Below are positions 15,820-17,101 of a stretch of DNA of 17,101 bases, piece by piece. Made by a program: the position numbers and the translations under genes. The notes beneath the pieces were generated by a model that was not told the DNA's origin, did not search any database, and worked only from the letters and a program-made list of their open reading frames with translations. Every line of letters begins with the position of its first letter. Position 1 is the stretch's first letter. The stretch spans positions 1-17,101 of the forward strand of contig JBBIPG010000049.1 in assembly GCA_037442925.1 (NCBI GenBank), read 5' to 3'. Origin of the DNA: Candidatus Fraserbacteria bacterium (GTDB lineage Bacteria; Bipolaricaulota; Bipolaricaulia; RBG-16-55-9).

Positions 15820-16998
15820 ATGCCGAGTCCAGCTTATGAATCAAAGGAAGACGAATACTGGTACAATGTTTCCCCTCAAGATGACCTACCATTGGCAGGC
15901 CAAGTAGATCTTGACATTGATCTAAAATCAGTATCCGAGTTCTTTCTCAGGCTTTCTGCTGCAACTGATGAATCCTCAGCTAAGAGGATTATCTTAGAAA
16001 ACCTTGTTTCTAATCCCCTCATTTTCAGTTATGGCAGACAGTTTCTTGGGCTGAGTGACAAAAGAGCCTATCTAGACCTTTCCTATCTAGCCAGTCGCAC
16101 ACCGCACCCTACGCAACCCACAAGCCTTAGTGGGTGTCACCCATGGACACTTACGCGCCATCCAATGGCATTCTTTCTTAGGTTGTTGAGTGGTTCTCAA
16201 GGCAAGCAAGTTCAAATTGCTACTGCGGATATGATAGCCACCTATCTAATCCAGCAGGGCCTATATCAGGCGGCACAGGGATTCTCTGGGATGTCACAAG
16301 CCTTGATGGAGTTGGTCTATACGCGCCTTATTGCTCCAAAGGAGTATCAGCAAAAAGCAGCTAAACGACGTGGACACGGTTGCGAAGCCGCTCTAGCTAC
16401 AGTTCTAGAGAAATCTGGTGTGGATATTCTTCCGCAGAATAAAGCTACAAATCCAATGGGAGCAAGTGATCCTCACCTCAATCTAGAAACTATGACGGTA
16501 TCAGATCGGCAAGCTGGCACAACCCATGCCTTCGATATGCTGATTCTGTCCAGAGGTCGCGTCCGGGTGGCGATTCAATCTCTGATACATACATCAGATC
16601 CAGGCCAGTATGGTGTGGATAAGAGCAACGAGACTGTCGCTATAGCCCAGAAGATTCGAAAGTGGAACATTGAGCACAAGTCCAAGATGCCTGTTGAGCT
16701 TTGGGGACTACTGGATGGAGTTGGATTTAGTGAGAACAAATCAGACACTATTAATAAACTGCTGAGGGAGTTTGACTATTTTATTCAGCTTAGGACGCTT
16801 TATAAAGCACCGCTCCGATTACATTTACTAGGCCTGATGACGGTAAAGGGAATTCGCTTTTCGGAATACTACGACACAGAAGACATTTCTGCTATAAGAG
16901 AGCGATACATACCAAATGATGTGGAAGTCATTGCAGATGTTGCAAGAATACCGAGCGATTGGGTGCCTATTCAGGGTAGTGTAGAGTTTGGTGTGTAA
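15820..16998 (+). CDS. Hypothetical protein, probable PD-(D/E)xK-fold type II restriction-endonuclease-like nuclease
   Basis: RGHGCEAALATVL helix, AFDMLIL...VAIQS, GQYGVDK, GLLDGVGF arrangement resembles DpnII/MboI-like nuclease cores; visibly AT-richer codon usage than neighbours. Confidence 0.55.
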   Translation: MPSPAYESKEDEYWYNVSPQDDLPLAGQVDLDIDLKSVSEFFLRLSAATDESSAKRIILENLVSNPLIFSYGRQFLGLSDKRAYLDLSYLASRTPHPTQPTSLSGCHPWTLTRHPMAFFLRLLSGSQGKQVQIATADMIATYLIQQGLYQAAQGFSGMSQALMELVYTRLIAPKEYQQKAAKRRGHGCEAALATVLEKSGVDILPQNKATNPMGASDPHLNLETMTVSDRQAGTTHAFDMLILSRGRVRVAIQSLIHTSDPGQYGVDKSNETVAIAQKIRKWNIEHKSKMPVELWGLLDGVGFSENKSDTINKLLREFDYFIQLRTLYKAPLRLHLLGLMTVKGIRFSEYYDTEDISAIRERYIPNDVEVIADVARIPSDWVPIQGSVEFGV

Positions 16999-17035
16999 AA
17001 AGGGGTGAGGTAGAAATGTTGAGACACCAAGAGGG

Positions 17036-17101
17036 CTCCTTCAAGATGAGTCATCACACTCACAAAGGAGGTCCTGATGTCTCAACCAGATCTAAGATCC
17101 A
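17036..17101 (+). CDS. Start of a downstream gene, truncated by window (ATG 17036 or ATG 17077, different frames)
   Basis: Both ATGs have an RBS (GAGGT; AAAGGAGG) and both frames stay open to the window end. Confidence 0.35.

Noticed and set aside
1..17101. CRISPR array or cas genes linked to the CHAT protease
   Set aside because: No regularly spaced repeats or cas-like ORFs seen in the window

Overview
Bacterial window of moderate GC with an accessory left half and a more housekeeping right half. From left to right: the end of an IS5-family element cut by the window edge; a secreted 14-repeat FG-GAP protein; two divergent RHH-antitoxin/PemK(MazF) toxin pairs; then the most interesting block (4.3-10.1 kb). 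That block holds a very divergent, enlarged ECF-sigma-like protein and a frameshifted zf-HC2 anti-sigma-like gene missed by the ORF track, convergent with a CHAT (caspase-like) protease carrying a probable SRPBCC/START-like N-terminal domain. The protease gene is divergent from a membrane-anchored TolB-like beta-propeller gene, which is followed by a stand-alone SARP/BTAD regulator behind a perfect 14-bp inverted repeat. After this come a small membrane protein, an M20 peptidase, a PKD lipoprotein, tRNA-Lys(UUU), a decayed lamin-tail-domain-like remnant, a stand-alone divergent PurF, a small outer-membrane barrel-like protein, an integron att-like repeat cluster and an AT-richer restriction-endonuclease-like gene. 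All calls come from reading motifs by eye; no searches were run.
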